From Mobula hypostoma (taxonomy: Eukaryota): a DNA stretch of 64,000 bases. The stretch covers positions 35,838,001 through 35,902,000 of the forward strand of contig NC_086097.1 of the NCBI RefSeq assembly GCF_963921235.1. The letters are read 5' to 3'. Below are positions 37,737 to 49,812 of this stretch, piece by piece. The position numbers and the translations under genes are program-made. Each line of letters opens with the position of its first letter. Positions within the stretch are counted from its first letter, which is position 1. The notes beneath the pieces are model-generated. The model searched no databases, was not told the DNA's origin, and saw only the letters and a program-made list of their open reading frames with translations.

Positions 37737-38562
37737 CCATAAGATATAGGAGCAGAAGCAGGCCAATCGGCCCATCAAGTCTGCTCCACCATTCAATCAT
37801 GGGCTGATCCAATTCTTCCGGTCGTCCCCACTCCCCTGCCTTCTCCCCATACCCTTTCATGCCCTGGCTAATAAAGAGCCTATCTATCTCTGCCTTAAAT
37901 ACACCCAGTGACTTGGCCTCCATAGCTGCTCGTGGCAACAAATTCCACAGATTTACCACCCTCTGACTAAAGTAATTTCTCCACAGCTCTGTTCTAAATG
38001 GACGTCCTTCAATCCTGAAGTCGTGCCCTCTTGTCCGAGACTCCCCTACCATGGGAAATAACTTTGCCATATCTAATCTGTTCAGGCCTTTTAACATTTG
38101 GAATGTTTCTATGAGATCCCCCCGTCATTCTCCTGAACTCCAGGGAATACAGCCCAAGAGCTGCCAGACGTTCTTCATACAGTAACCCTTTCATTACTGG
38201 AATCATTCTCGTGAATCTTCTCTGAACCCTCTCCAACGTCAGAATATTCTTTCTTAAAAAAAGGAGCCCAAAACTGCACACAATACTCCAAGTATGGTCT
38301 CACGAGTGCCTTATAGAGCCTCAACATCACATTCCAGCTCTTATATTCTGTACCTCTAGAAATGAATGCCAATATTGCATTCGCCTTCTTCACAACCGAC
38401 TCAACCTGGAGGTTAACCTGTAGGGTATCCTGCACACAGACTCCCAAGTCTCTTTGCATCTCTGCATTTTGAATTCTCTCCTCATCTAAATAATAGTCTG
38501 CCCATTTATTTCTTCCACCAAAGTGCATGACCATACACTTTCCAACACTGTATTTCATTTGC
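37737..38562 (-). mobile_element. 5'-truncated CR1 LINE
   Basis: QMKYSVGKCMVMHFG...LYKALVRPYLEYC...GESRTRGHDFRIEG; closely similar to 25627-26465. Confidence 0.93.
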
Positions 38563-38599
38563 AATATTCTTAAAAAAGCTTTAAGTATCTTCTTTGATT

Positions 38600-38752
38600 T
38601 CCCCCTTCCTTTCCAGTTCTGATGATAGATCCTAGCCCAAAGTGCTGACTATTTGTTCCCCTCATAGACACTGCCTGACTTGCTGAGTTCATCCAGCATG
38701 TTGTGTGTGTTGCTCAACAATTCCAGCGTCCGCAGAATCTCCTGTGTTTATG
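38600..38752 (+). mobile_element. Penelope-like pLTR fragment
   Basis: CAGTTCTGATGATAGATCCTAGCCCAAAG...CTGCCTGACTTGCTGAGTTCATCCAGCATGTTGTGTGTGTTGC. Confidence 0.75.
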
Positions 38753-39714
38753 ATAGGCTGGATAGCTATTTTGTTTTGATAGCATATATATGATGGACCA
38801 AATGGATTGCTTCCATGCCATTAATCTTTTTATGGAAGTGGTGTAGGCCTGAATTCTGTAAATCAAACCGTTCAAGTATCAAAGTGCTGCTGTGATAGGT
38901 TTGGAAGGACACAACACAGGAAAGATTATTCAAATTAGTGGTTGTAAGAGCATTGAGTGAGGCAAGAGATTTTCCAATTGCATGAAGTAGTATTTCAAAG
39001 AAAGACAAAGAATCCGTTAGATTTCAGTTCAGTTCCACTGATGAAGATGTAGCTCTTTTCTGACAGTCATTGGACACATAATTAGCAATCTGTCTTTCTT
39101 ACTACAGGCACTAGAAGCTTGGTTAATTTTTAAGCAATTACTTCACACATGCATAAACTTGCTCTCACTGTAAATGAAAACCACAAACTATAAGTTAAAG
39201 AAAGGGCTATAGACCTCTCTGCTTTACTAGCTATGCAGATTACTTTATCCATTCAAAATCAAGTATGTGACCCAGGAAAGAGAAAGCAGAGACAAACACT
39301 ACTCACCATGTTATCCAAACAGTAAATGATTAAAAATGCTTTACTTTTATTGCCTTAGCCAGATGCTCAAGTTATTTGCTAAGGAATGTGCTTACACTTC
39401 GCTGTTAACCTTTCCTCTCATTCCAATCCTAGTGCCCAACTCCAATGATCTGTCATTTCAGATCCTGTCCCACTTTGTCTCTGCAAACCCGATAAAGCCA
39501 CCTCCTAACTCTCACTTTACAAGTCAAAGCAATTTTTTTCCGGTCCTCCCTCTTATTCAATCTTCTGATAGAGGCGATCAGTAATTTTTCCATGGAGTCC
39601 TTGCAGGTTCAGAAGGGAAGTTTGCTTTAATTGCACAGTGCGAGGTAGCGTCATCATTATGTAACAAACACAAGACCCTCCATCCGGTAATGACATAGAC
39701 TTCTCAAAAATTCC

Positions 39715-40045
39715 CCCCACTTCACCCTTCACCAATATCCATTCCTGTTTCCTTCTCTCACCTTATCTCCTTACCAGCACTTCAACTCCCTCTGGTGCTC
39801 TTCCCTCTTCCCTTTCTTCCATAGGCTTCTACCCTCTCCTAACAGATTCCTCCTTCTCCAGCTCTTTGTCTCTTTCACCAATCAACTTCCCAGCTCTTTA
39901 CTTCACCTCCATCCCCCTCTCCTGGTTTCACCTATCACCTACCACCTTGTACTTCTTCCTCCCCTCCCCCCCATCTTCATACTCTGATTTCTTATCTTTT
40001 TTCCCAGTCCTGCTGAAGGGTTTCAGCCCGAAACGTTGACTGTTT
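39715..40045 (+). mobile_element. Penelope-like 3' fragment ending in a hammerhead motif
   Basis: Pyrimidine tract homologous to 63220-63450, then CAGTCCTGCTGAAGGGTTTCAGCCCGAAACGTTGACTG. Confidence 0.8.
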
Positions 40046-41220
40046 AGCAGACATGACCCTACCTCCACCAATGCTTAAACACATCCCTGCTCCTTAATCA
40101 GAGGCCAAAAGTGAAAGCCAATTTCCACAGCCTCTCCCTTAACCCTGCCATTAAGTTTTTTATGGTTTATGGTATTGAATATAATTCCCAATGACTAATT
40201 TTTGAAACTTTTAATATAGACCTAATTAACTGACTCCTTGTTAGCATTAGACTCATAGAGTAAAGAAGGTGAACAGCTTGGCCTATTGAGCCTGCGCTGA
40301 TACTTGCCTGTGTTATTGAAAATTATTATATAATGATTCCACTATCTATTCCACAATATTTCAGTCAATGTAACGGACTACAAAAAGATGAGATGTTCTA
40401 AATCTCATCAATATTTTGCAAGTCCTCTCTAGTTCCATCTATTTGTTCCCCAAAATCAAAGAAGATTTTGAATACCTTTAGATCTTGCTCACCCTTCTCC
40501 AATCCAGGAGAAACAAGTCCTGCTTTATGAATCTCTACCACAGGATGGAACTTTCATGCACTTTGCATTGGGATTCCCAAAATGAGGCATAGCTTTTCTC
40601 CAAAATTTTTAAATCACATTTGATTGATGCTTTAAAAAGCAATAAAGGGCTTGATATTTTTAAAGTTTCTGCAGAAATTTTAATAATTCTAAGACATCTC
40701 TGAAAAAAAAGCATTCAAAATCCATCCCCCCGCCCCCGTTTGGAAGGAGGCAAGGATCCATCTACGTGGGGAGATTCGTCCAGAAGGCCTGGCAAATGTT
40801 GGCTTCAGATGCCTCCTCCAGGAGTGAAAAGACCCATATAATGCGGCAATGTGGAAAGAAAACCCCATGGTCCTTTCAAGCTAAGCTGCTGATCACTGAA
40901 AATGCAGTAGCTGATAACGCCTGTGGCTTCGCATATACCCACTATCCACACCCCCACCTCTGACACTCCACCCTCTCCACCGTACTCTTCGCATCCACAA
41001 CACAATGAGATCAATCCTTCAAATGTTGGTAAATTACACTTATCGGGTGCAGGGAGAAATTTCAGAGACCTGCCAGCTACTACATACCCTATGACACATT
41101 TCATGCAGTTCTGAAAACTGGCGCCAACTCAATGCTGATTGCTGTTAAAGTAAGAGATTGCCTGACTCTGGTTGTGGTTTACTATATCTGAAGCCATAAC
41201 TTTAATGTCCTTTATCATGC

Positions 41221-43085
41221 CATAAGACCGTAAGACACAGGAGCAGAATTAGGCCATTCAGCCCATTGAGCCCATCCCGACATTTCATCACGGCTGATCC
41301 CAGATCCTGTTCAGCCCCATACACCTGCCCTCTCACCATATCCCTTGATGCTCCGACCAAACAGGAATCTATCAACTTCCGCATTGAATATATCCACGGA
41401 CTTGGCCTCCACTGCAGAGCATTCCACCATTCACTACTCTTTGGCTACAAAAAAATTCCTCCTTACTTTTGTTCCAAAAGGCCGCCTCTCAATTTGAAGG
41501 TTGTGCCCTCTAGTTCTGGATACCCCCACCAGAGGAAACATCCTCTCCACATCCACCTTATCCAGTCCTTTCAACATTCAGTAGGTATCAATGATATCCC
41601 CACACATTCTCCTGAATTCCAGTGAGTACAGGCCCAAAGCTGCCAAATGCTCTTATGTTAATCCCTTCATTCCCAGAATCATTCTCGTGAACCTCCTCTG
41701 GACTCTCTCCAATGACAAGACAGCCCTTCTGAACTAAGGGGCCCAAAACTGTTGACAGTACTCCAAGTGCGGCCTGACAAGTGTCTTATAAAGCCTCAGC
41801 ATTAGCTCTTTGTTTTTATATTCTATTCCCCTTGAAATAAATGCCAACATTGCATTTGCCTTCTTTACCACAGACTCAACCCGTAAATTAACCTTTTGGG
41901 AGTCTTGCATGAGGACTCCAAAGTCTTTGCACCTCTGATGTTTGAATTTTCTCCCCACTTAGATAATAGAATGCAGCATTGCTCCTTTTACGAAGTGCAT
42001 TATCATATATTTCCCAACACTGTGTTCCATCTGCCACATTTTTTGGCCATTCTTCCAATCTGTCTAAGTCCTGCTGCAATCACATTGCTTCCTCAGCACT
42101 ATCTACCCCTCCATTTATCTTCGTATCATCCACAAACTTCGCCACAAAGCCATTTAGATTAGATTAAACCTTATTGTCATTGTGCTGAGTACAGATACAA
42201 AGCCAATGAAATGCAGCTAGCATCTAACCAGAAATGCAAAGAATAGTGTTATTTACAAATTTACAAAGCCATCAATTCCACTATCTAAATCATTGACAAA
42301 CAATGTGAAAAATAGCAGTCCCAATACTGACCCCTGAGGAACACCACTAGTCACTGGCAGCCAACCAGAAGAGGCCCCCTTTATTCCTACTCGCTGCCTC
42401 CTGCCTGTCAGCCATTCCTCTGTCCATGCCAGTAATGCCAGAGGATTTTATCTTGCTAAGCAGCCTCATGTGAGCCACCTTATCAAATGCCTTCTGAAAA
42501 TCTAAGTAAATGACATCCACTCCCTCTCCTTTGTCCACCCTGCTTGTTACTTCCTCGAAGAACTCTAATGGATTTGTCAGGCAAGATTTCCCTTTGCTGA
42601 CTTTCACTTATTTTATCATTTGTCTCCAAGTACCCCGAATCTTCATCCTTAATAATGGACTCCAACACTTTACCAACCACTGAGGTTAGGCTGACTGGTC
42701 TATAATATCTTCTCTTTTGTCTTCCTTCCTTCTTAAAGAGTGGAGTGACATTCGCAATTTTCCAGTTCACCGGCATCATGCCAGAATCAAGTGATTCTTG
42801 AAAGATCATGACCAATGCATCAGTTATTTCTTAAGCAACCTCTTTCAGGACTCTGGGACGTAGTCCATCTGGTTCAGGTGTTTTATCGAGCTTAAAACCT
42901 TTCGGTTTGCCTGGCACTTTTTCCTTTGTAATAGCAATGGCACTCACTCCTGCTCCCTGACACTCACAGACTTCTGGCATACAGCTAATGCCTTCCATAG
43001 TAAAGGCTGAAGCAAAGTACTTATTAAGTCCATCTGCCACTTCTTTGTCCCCCATTACTACCTCACCAGCATTACTTTCCACAAT
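41221..43085 (-). mobile_element. 5'-truncated CR1 LINE (RT)
   Basis: ESNAGEVVMGDKE, DKTPEPDG, YRPVSLTSVVGK, YLDFQKAFDKV and RPHLEYC; tail CATAAGACCGTAAGAC. Confidence 0.92.
42154..42262 (-). mobile_element. 109-bp retroposon 3' stub inside CR1, 10-bp TSD
   Basis: Flanked by ACAAAGCCAT at 42144-42153 and 42263-42272; (TTAGA)n tail on the left. Confidence 0.75.
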
Positions 43086-43109
43086 ACATTGATTGTGACC
43101 TCCAGATGG

Positions 43110-43282
43110 CAGGTATGGAGGACAAGTCTTTTTGTATGTTTAAGTCAGAGGTCGGTAGATTCTTGATTAGCCAGGGCATGAAGAGATTCGGGGAGAAGGC
43201 AGAAGGTTGGGGCTGTGAGGAAAATTGGATCAGCCATAATGAAATGGTGGAGCAGACCTGATGGGCCAAGTGGCCTAATTCT
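43110..43282 (+). mobile_element. CR1 3' end fragment
   Basis: GCAGGTATGGAGGACAAGTC...GGATCAGCCATAATGAAATGG...TCTTATGGTC. Confidence 0.78.
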
Positions 43283-43792
43283 ACTCCTACATCTTATGGT
43301 CCAATATGAAGTTGATTCCTCGGTTGGGATCTACTCCATAACTTGGTCTTCTTGCACAATACTTACAATCGCAATACCCGAGGGAGGGACTCAACAAAAC
43401 ATTGAGGAATAAGAGCAGGGTCGCAGAGTGACTTGAAACATCTCCTCTATGCCGCCCAATTCCTGGGAGCCCTCCCTTATGGAGGTAGACTGAGAGAGAG
43501 GATGGATGTGACTTTAGATGCAGCACACTGCACAGCCTTGGCAATCACAGACGACTGACTGGTGCTGGAGGAATGGGAACAGGAAGCTTCAGAGACTGAG
43601 TGTAATGAGGCAGAGCCCAGGGAGCAGTAAATGCAAAAGGAGGGAGAGCAGGGATGGAATATTTTGAGCCAAAAACCAACTTATTCATTGCTAAGCTGTC
43701 CTTCATGGAACAAAAAGATTCACTCAAACCTCTAGGAGCAATTGCACCCTTTAAGGTGCTTATACTGTCTCAGTTGTTTAACATGCGCACGA

Positions 43793-46752
43793 TTTGATTA
43801 GTGTGGTGTTTGATTAGTGTGGTGTTTGATTAGTGTGGTGTTTGATTAGTGTGGTGTTTGATTAGTGTGGTGTTTGATCAGTGTGGTGTTTGATCAGTGT
43901 GGTGTTTGATCAGTGTGGTGTTTGATCAGTGTGGTGTTTGATCAGTGTGGTGTTTGATCAGTGTGGTGTTTGATTAGTGTGGTGTTTGATTAGTGTGGTG
44001 TTTGATTAGTGTGGTGTTTGATCAGTGTGGTGTTTGATCAGTGTGGTGTTTGATCAGTGTGGTGTTTGATTAGTGTGGTGTTTGATCAGTGTGGTGTTTG
44101 ATCAGTGTGGTGTTTGATCAGTGTGGTGTTTGATCAGTGTGGTGTTTGATCAGTGTGGTGTTTGATCAGTGTGGTGTTTGATCAGTGTGGTGTTTGATCA
44201 GTGTGGTGTTTGATCAGTGTGGTGTTTGATTAGTGTGGTGTTTGATCAGTGTGGTGTTTGATCAGTGTGGTGTTTGATCAGTGTGGTGTTTGATCAGTGT
44301 GGTGTTTGATCAGTGTGGTGTTTGATCAGTGTGGTGTTTGATTAGTGTGGTGTTTGATTAGTGTGGTGTTTGATTAGTGTGGTGTTTGATTAGTGTGGTG
44401 TTTGATCAGTGTGGTGTTTGATCAGTGTGGTGTTTGATCAGTGTGGTGTTTGATCAGTGTGGTGTTTGATCAGTGTGGTGTTTGATTAGTGTGGTGTTTG
44501 ATTAGTGTGGTGTTTGATTAGTGTGGTGTTTGATTAGTGTGGTGTTTGATTAGTGTGGTGTTTGATCAGTGTGGTGTTTGATCAGTGTGGTGTTTGATCA
44601 GTGTGGTGTTTGATTAGTGTGGTGTTTGATTAGTGTGGTGTTTGATTAGTGTGGTGTTTGATCAGTGTGGTGTTTGATTAGTGTGGTGTTTGATTAGTGT
44701 GGTGTTTGATTAGTGTGGTGTTTGATTAGTGTGGTGTTTGATTAGTGTGGTGTTTGATCAGTGTGGTGTTTGATCAGTGTGGTGTTTGATTAGTGTGGTG
44801 TTTGATTAGTGTGGTGTTTGATTAGTGTGGTGTTTGATCAGTGTGGTGTTTGATCAGTGTGGTGTTTGATCAGTGTGGTGTTTGATCAGTGTGGTGTTTG
44901 ATCAGTGTGGTGTTTGATTAGTGTGGTGTTTGATTAGTGTGGTGTTTGATTAGTGTGGTGTTTGATTAGTGTGGTGTTTGATTAGTGTGGTGTTTGATCA
45001 GTGTGGTGTTTGATTAGTGTGGTGTTTGATTAGTGTGGTGTTTGATTAGTGTGGTGTTTGATTAGTGTGGTGTTTGATTAGTGTGGTGTTTGATCAGTGT
45101 GGTGTTTGATCAGTGTGGTGTTTGATCAGTGTGGTGTTTGATTAGTGTGGTGTTTGATTAGTGTGGTGTTTGATCAGTGTGGTGTTTGATCAGTGTGGTG
45201 TTTGATCAGTGTGGTGTTTGATCAGTGTGGTGTTTGATCAGTGTGGTGTTTGATTAGTGTGGTGTTTGATCAGTGTGGTGTTTGATTAGTGTGGTGTTTG
45301 ATCAGTGTGGTGTTTGATCAGTGTGGTGTTTGATCAGTGTGGTGTTTGATCAGTGTGGTGTTTGATCAGTGTGGTGTTTGATTAGTGTGGTGTTTGATTA
45401 GTGTGGTGTTTGATCAGTGTGGTGTTTGATCAGTGTGGTGTTTGATCAGTGTGGTGTTTGATCAGTGTGGTGTTTGATTAGTGTGGTGTTTGATCAGTGT
45501 GGTGTTTGATTAGTGTGGTGTTTGATTAGTGTGGTGTTTGATTAGTGTGGTGTTTGATTAGTGTGGTGTTTGATTAGTGTGGTGTTTGATCAGTGTGGTG
45601 TTTGATCAGTGTGGTGTTTGATTAGTGTGGTGTTTGATTAGTGTGGTGTTTGATTAGTGTGGTGTTTGATTAGTGTGGTGTTTGATCAGTGTGGTGTTTG
45701 ATCAGTGTGGTGTTTGATTAGTGTGGTGTTTGATTAGTGTGGTGTTTGATTAGTGTGGTGTTTGATCAGTGTGGTGTTTGATCAGTGTGGTGTTTGATTA
45801 GTGTGGTGTTTGATTAGTGTGGTGTTTGATTAGTGTGGTGTTTGATCAGTGTGGTGTTTGATCAGTGTGGTGTTTGATCAGTGTGGTGTTTGATTAGTGT
45901 GGTGTTTGATTAGTGTGGTGTTTGATCAGTGTGGTGTTTGATCAGTGTGGTGTTTGATCAGTGTGGTGTTTGATCAGTGTGGTGTTTGATTAGTGTGGTG
46001 TTTGATTAGTGTGGTGTTTGATTAGTGTGGTGTTTGATTAGTGTGGTGTTTGATCAGTGTGGTGTTTGATTAGTGTGGTGTTTGATTAGTGTGGTGTTTG
46101 ATTAGTGTGGTGTTTGATTAGTGTGGTGTTTGATCAGTGTGGTGTTTGATCAGTGTGGTGTTTGATTAGTGTGGTGTTTGATTAGTGTGGTGTTTGATTA
46201 GTGTGGTGTTTGATCAGTGTGGTGTTTGATCAGTGTGGTGTTTGATTAGTGTGGTGTTTGATTAGTGTGGTGTTTGATTAGTGTGGTGTTTGATCAGTGT
46301 GGTGTTTGATCAGTGTGGTGTTTGATTAGTGTGGTGTTTGATTAGTGTGGTGTTTGATTAGTGTGGTGTTTGATCAGTGTGGTGTTTGATCAGTGTGGTG
46401 TTTGATTAGTGTGGTGTTTGATTAGTGTGGTGTTTGATCAGTGTGGTGTTTGATCAGTGTGGTGTTTGATCAGTGTGGTGTTTGATCAGTGTGGTGTTTG
46501 ATTAGTGTGGTGTTTGATTAGTGTGGTGTTTGATCAGTGTGGTGTTTGATCAGTGTGGTGTTTGATCAGTGTGGTGTTTGATCAGTGTGGTGTTTGATCA
46601 GTGTGGTGTTTGATTAGTGTGGTGTTTGATTAGTGTGGTGTTTGATTAGTGTGGTGTTTGATTAGTGTGGTGTTTGATCAGTGTGGTGTTTGATCAGTGT
46701 GGTGTTTGATTAGTGTGGTGTTTGATTAGTGTGGTGTTTGATTAGTGTGGTG
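43793..46752. repeat. Minisatellite, 185 x 16 bp TTTGAT(T/C)AGTGTGGTG
   Basis: 2960 bp equals exactly 185 units with no indels. The only variation seen is T/C at unit position 7 (hand count: 92 T, 93 C). Confidence 0.98.
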
Positions 46753-47794
46753 TTGAGCAGCACGTGTTCTATCAAACACTGGTGAAGTATTTAACATTTG
46801 AACCCTATTCACCTAGGGAGCTGGGAATGTCATTTCTCTTGCAAAATGAATTCAAATGCAAAAGAAAGGAAATGCGAAAGGTATAAACATTGGATGATTT
46901 AGTTTTCTGTCCTCCACAAGGATATACAGAAATACTTTATGCAGGTTTATCAATACAAGCTCTGATGTCCATCTGCACTAGTTATGGCAAATGAATAAAC
47001 CATCCTAGACTGAATTTAACATCAGCAACCTCCATGACTCGCAATATTCAAACTTCAATGCAGCCAGGTGTACACCAGTCATTTGAAATACTTATTTTAG
47101 TTAAAATGGAAGTATAATTTCCCTAGAGAAATGAAAAATAAATTACTTTCCTCAATGAACTGTGACATAAATTTGAGTCTAAATGTTCTTATTGAAACAG
47201 CTGATCAGGCAGTAATCAGCAAATCTTCAGACATAGAAGGAGAGGGTATTTATGGCAACAGCATCAACAGCAGCTTTGTGCCGTTTTCAAACCTGTATAG
47301 ATATTTGCTTCACCAACCTATTACGATATTTTCTTTCCCTCAGAACTGGGGATAAAAAGATCATCAAATCGAATGCAGATTTTGAAAAGAGCTCAAGCTG
47401 GCATATTGTTTTCAGCTGCACAGCTTCTACTCTGCAAATTCCCTCCTAAAAACTGACAAACTAGCAGGCACAGCAACTTGAAAGACAGCTTCCACTTGAC
47501 TTATGTATTATACACCAGCAAAAAATAACAACTTTGCAATGAAGTAACAAGATCAAAAAAAATATTGGATCTTTCTTAACAAATTGAAGCCGCATTAGTC
47601 ACCCATTCAGATTGGCATCTAAGCACAAGAGTCAGTAAAAAAGGTGTACATTTTGTGTACTCTTTGAAAGTGATAATGGTGACATACTTCCCATTTCAAG
47701 ATGAGCTTATTTTTTCAAATGGCATGTTCTATGATCGAAGACATAAAGCTTTTCTAAGTTATCTTGGTACTGCAACAATATGGAAGTTTACTAT

Positions 47795-47912
47795 GGGAAC
47801 ACAAGAGATCCTGCAGAGCGGGAAAATGTTGGAGGAATTCAGCAGGTCAGGCAGCACCTCTTGAAAGGAATAGAGTCAATGTCTCATGCTAAGACCTTTC
47901 ATCAAGACTCAC
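47795..47912 (-). mobile_element. Penelope-like pLTR fragment
   Basis: ACACAAGAGATCCTGCAGAG...GGAGGAATTCAGCAGGTCAGGCAGCA...AGACCTTTCATCAAGACT. Confidence 0.7.
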
Positions 47913-48003
47913 TATTAACTACAGGAAAGTTGGTTCAATACAAGGGAAGAAAAATAACAAAGATAATCTTCATGGGTTCATTGATTTCTATTGAACGGAT
48001 GCT

Positions 48004-48638
48004 TAGAAACATAGAAAAGGTTCAATACTGGCCCTTCGGCCTACAAAGTTGTGCTAAACACGCTCCTACCTTAGAAATTACTAGGGTTACCCATGGCCCT
48101 CTATTTTTCTAAGCTCCATGTACCTATCCAAAAGTCTCTTAAAAGACCCTATCGTATCCGCCTCCACCACCATTGCTGGCAGCCCATTCCATGCACTCAC
48201 CACTCTCTGGGTAAAAAAACTTACCCCTGACATCTCCTCTGTACCTACTCCCAAGCACCTTAAACTTGTGTCCTCTTGTGGCAGCCATTTCAGCCCTGGA
48301 GAAAAGGCATCTGACTACCCACACGATCAATGCCTCTCATCATCTTATACACTTCTATCAGGTCACCTCTCATCCTCCGTTGCTCCAAGGAGAAAAGGCT
48401 GAGTTCACTCAACCTGTTTTCATAAGGCATGCTCCCCAATCCAGGCAACATCCTTGTAAACCTCCTCTGCACCCTTTCTATGGTTTCCACATCTTTCCTG
48501 TAGTGAGGCGACCAGAACTGAGCACAGTACTCCAAGTGGGGTCTGACCAGGGTCCTATATAGCTGCGACATTACCTCTCGGCTCCTAAATTCAATTATTC
48601 CACGATTGATGAAGGCCTATACACCGTATGCCTTCTTC
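48004..48638 (-). mobile_element. 5'-truncated CR1 LINE 3' portion
   Basis: LYRTLVRPHLEYCAQFWSPHYRKDVETIERVQRRFTRMLPG; tail TAGAAACATAGAAA. Confidence 0.92.
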
Positions 48639-48994
48639 CTTATCTTCGCCTTGCTGGTTGATGATGTCTCTTTTTGATCATCAAGAAAGACATGGTGATT
48701 AAGGGGATGATCTTCTGGTCTGTGCTTCTCCAGAACTGTGACACAGAAACTTTTTCATCCATCCTGGAGGATGGACGGTTCATTAGAAAGATTGGACCTC
48801 TGGCAAGATAGTGCTTCTTCATTCTTGTTCGGGGGAATATTATCAGTCTAGATTTTGTATTGAAGTACCTGGACAGAGACAAACTCCATAATCTAATAAC
48901 TTAGCTCAGTGCCTCCACTAACCTTGGCTAACACATGCTACCAAGTTAAGGAGTAATTTCAATTGGGTCCCATAACCTTAATACATATATATCC

Positions 48995-49812
48995 TTAATA
49001 GCCTTTGGCCCATCTCGTCCATGCCGAACTATTAATCTGCCTGGTCACGTTGACCTAAACCCAGACCTCAACCCTCAATACCCCTCCCATCCATGCAGCA
49101 ATCTAAATTTTTCTTAAATGTTGAAATCAATCCCACATCCACTATTTCAGCCGGCAGCTCATTCCACACTCTCTCACCCTCTGAGTGAAGAATTAGTTAG
49201 TTACTGCCTGTTACATTGCTGGCATTTAGTGCAGCAATGAAGGTCCTCAGTGTTCCATCATCATGCCAGTAGCTTCCTCTCGCTTTTCACTATCGTCAGT
49301 CATGCAAATCCTAGGTGGAGACTCAGGAATACTGTCAGACACTGATATAAGATTTTTTCCTGACCAGTCAGGGTTTGCTAGCCCTGAGCTGAACCCCAAA
49401 CCTGGATGACTAGTGGACCTCTCTTAGTCTGGCCTCTACCCTTTGATCTGTTTGTCTGGGTGACCCTACCAAGAGTCACAGCTGACCCTGACATCTTCTG
49501 GGTCAATGAAGCATGCAAGCTTCCACGTCCTACAACAAGATTGCCGTCCTCTTGGAGGTCTGAGTGAAGAAGTTCCCCTTAAACAGTTCACCTTTCACTC
49601 TTAACACACGACTTCCAGTTCAGGTCTCAGTGGAAAACACCCGCTTGCATTTATCTTATCTATATAACCACATAATTTTGTACATGGTTATTAAGTCCCC
49701 CCACATTCTCCTACGCTCTAGGGAATAGAATTCTAACCTGCTCAACTTTTCCCTCAAATCCTGGCAAATTTTCTCTGTACTTTTTCAATCTTATTGACAG
49801 CTTTCCTGTAGG
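48995..49812 (-). mobile_element. Degraded CR1 3' region interrupted by an RTE-type element
   Basis: GGCAGCTCATTCCACACTC...CTCTGAGTGAAGAA resumes as GTTCCCCTTAAAC...TTCACCTTTCAC. Confidence 0.75.
49193..49558 (-). mobile_element. Non-autonomous bipartite RTE-type retroposon, 13-bp TSD
   Basis: TSD TCTGAGTGAAGAA at 49180-49192 and 49559-49571. Minus strand has RTE-like 5' motifs (GCTTGCATGCTTCATTGACC...GGTAGGGTCACCCA), a 3' end encoding RTFIAALNAS, and a (TAAC)n tail. Confidence 0.7.

Noticed and set aside
43793..46752. CRISPR array or telomeric repeat
   Set aside because: Units are head-to-tail with no unique spacers, there are no cas genes, and the unit is not TTAGGG.
43793..46752. Deliberately encoded message or coding repeat in the T/C pattern
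   Set aside because: The first 5-bit and 8-bit groups gave no sensible symbols, and the run clustering fits slippage. Every unit contains a stop triplet on both strands, and the 16-bp period rotates it through all frames.
46753..46780. miR-15/16-like seed AGCAGCACG
   Set aside because: Only the seed matches; the rest does not match a mature miRNA I recognise and no convincing precursor hairpin forms.
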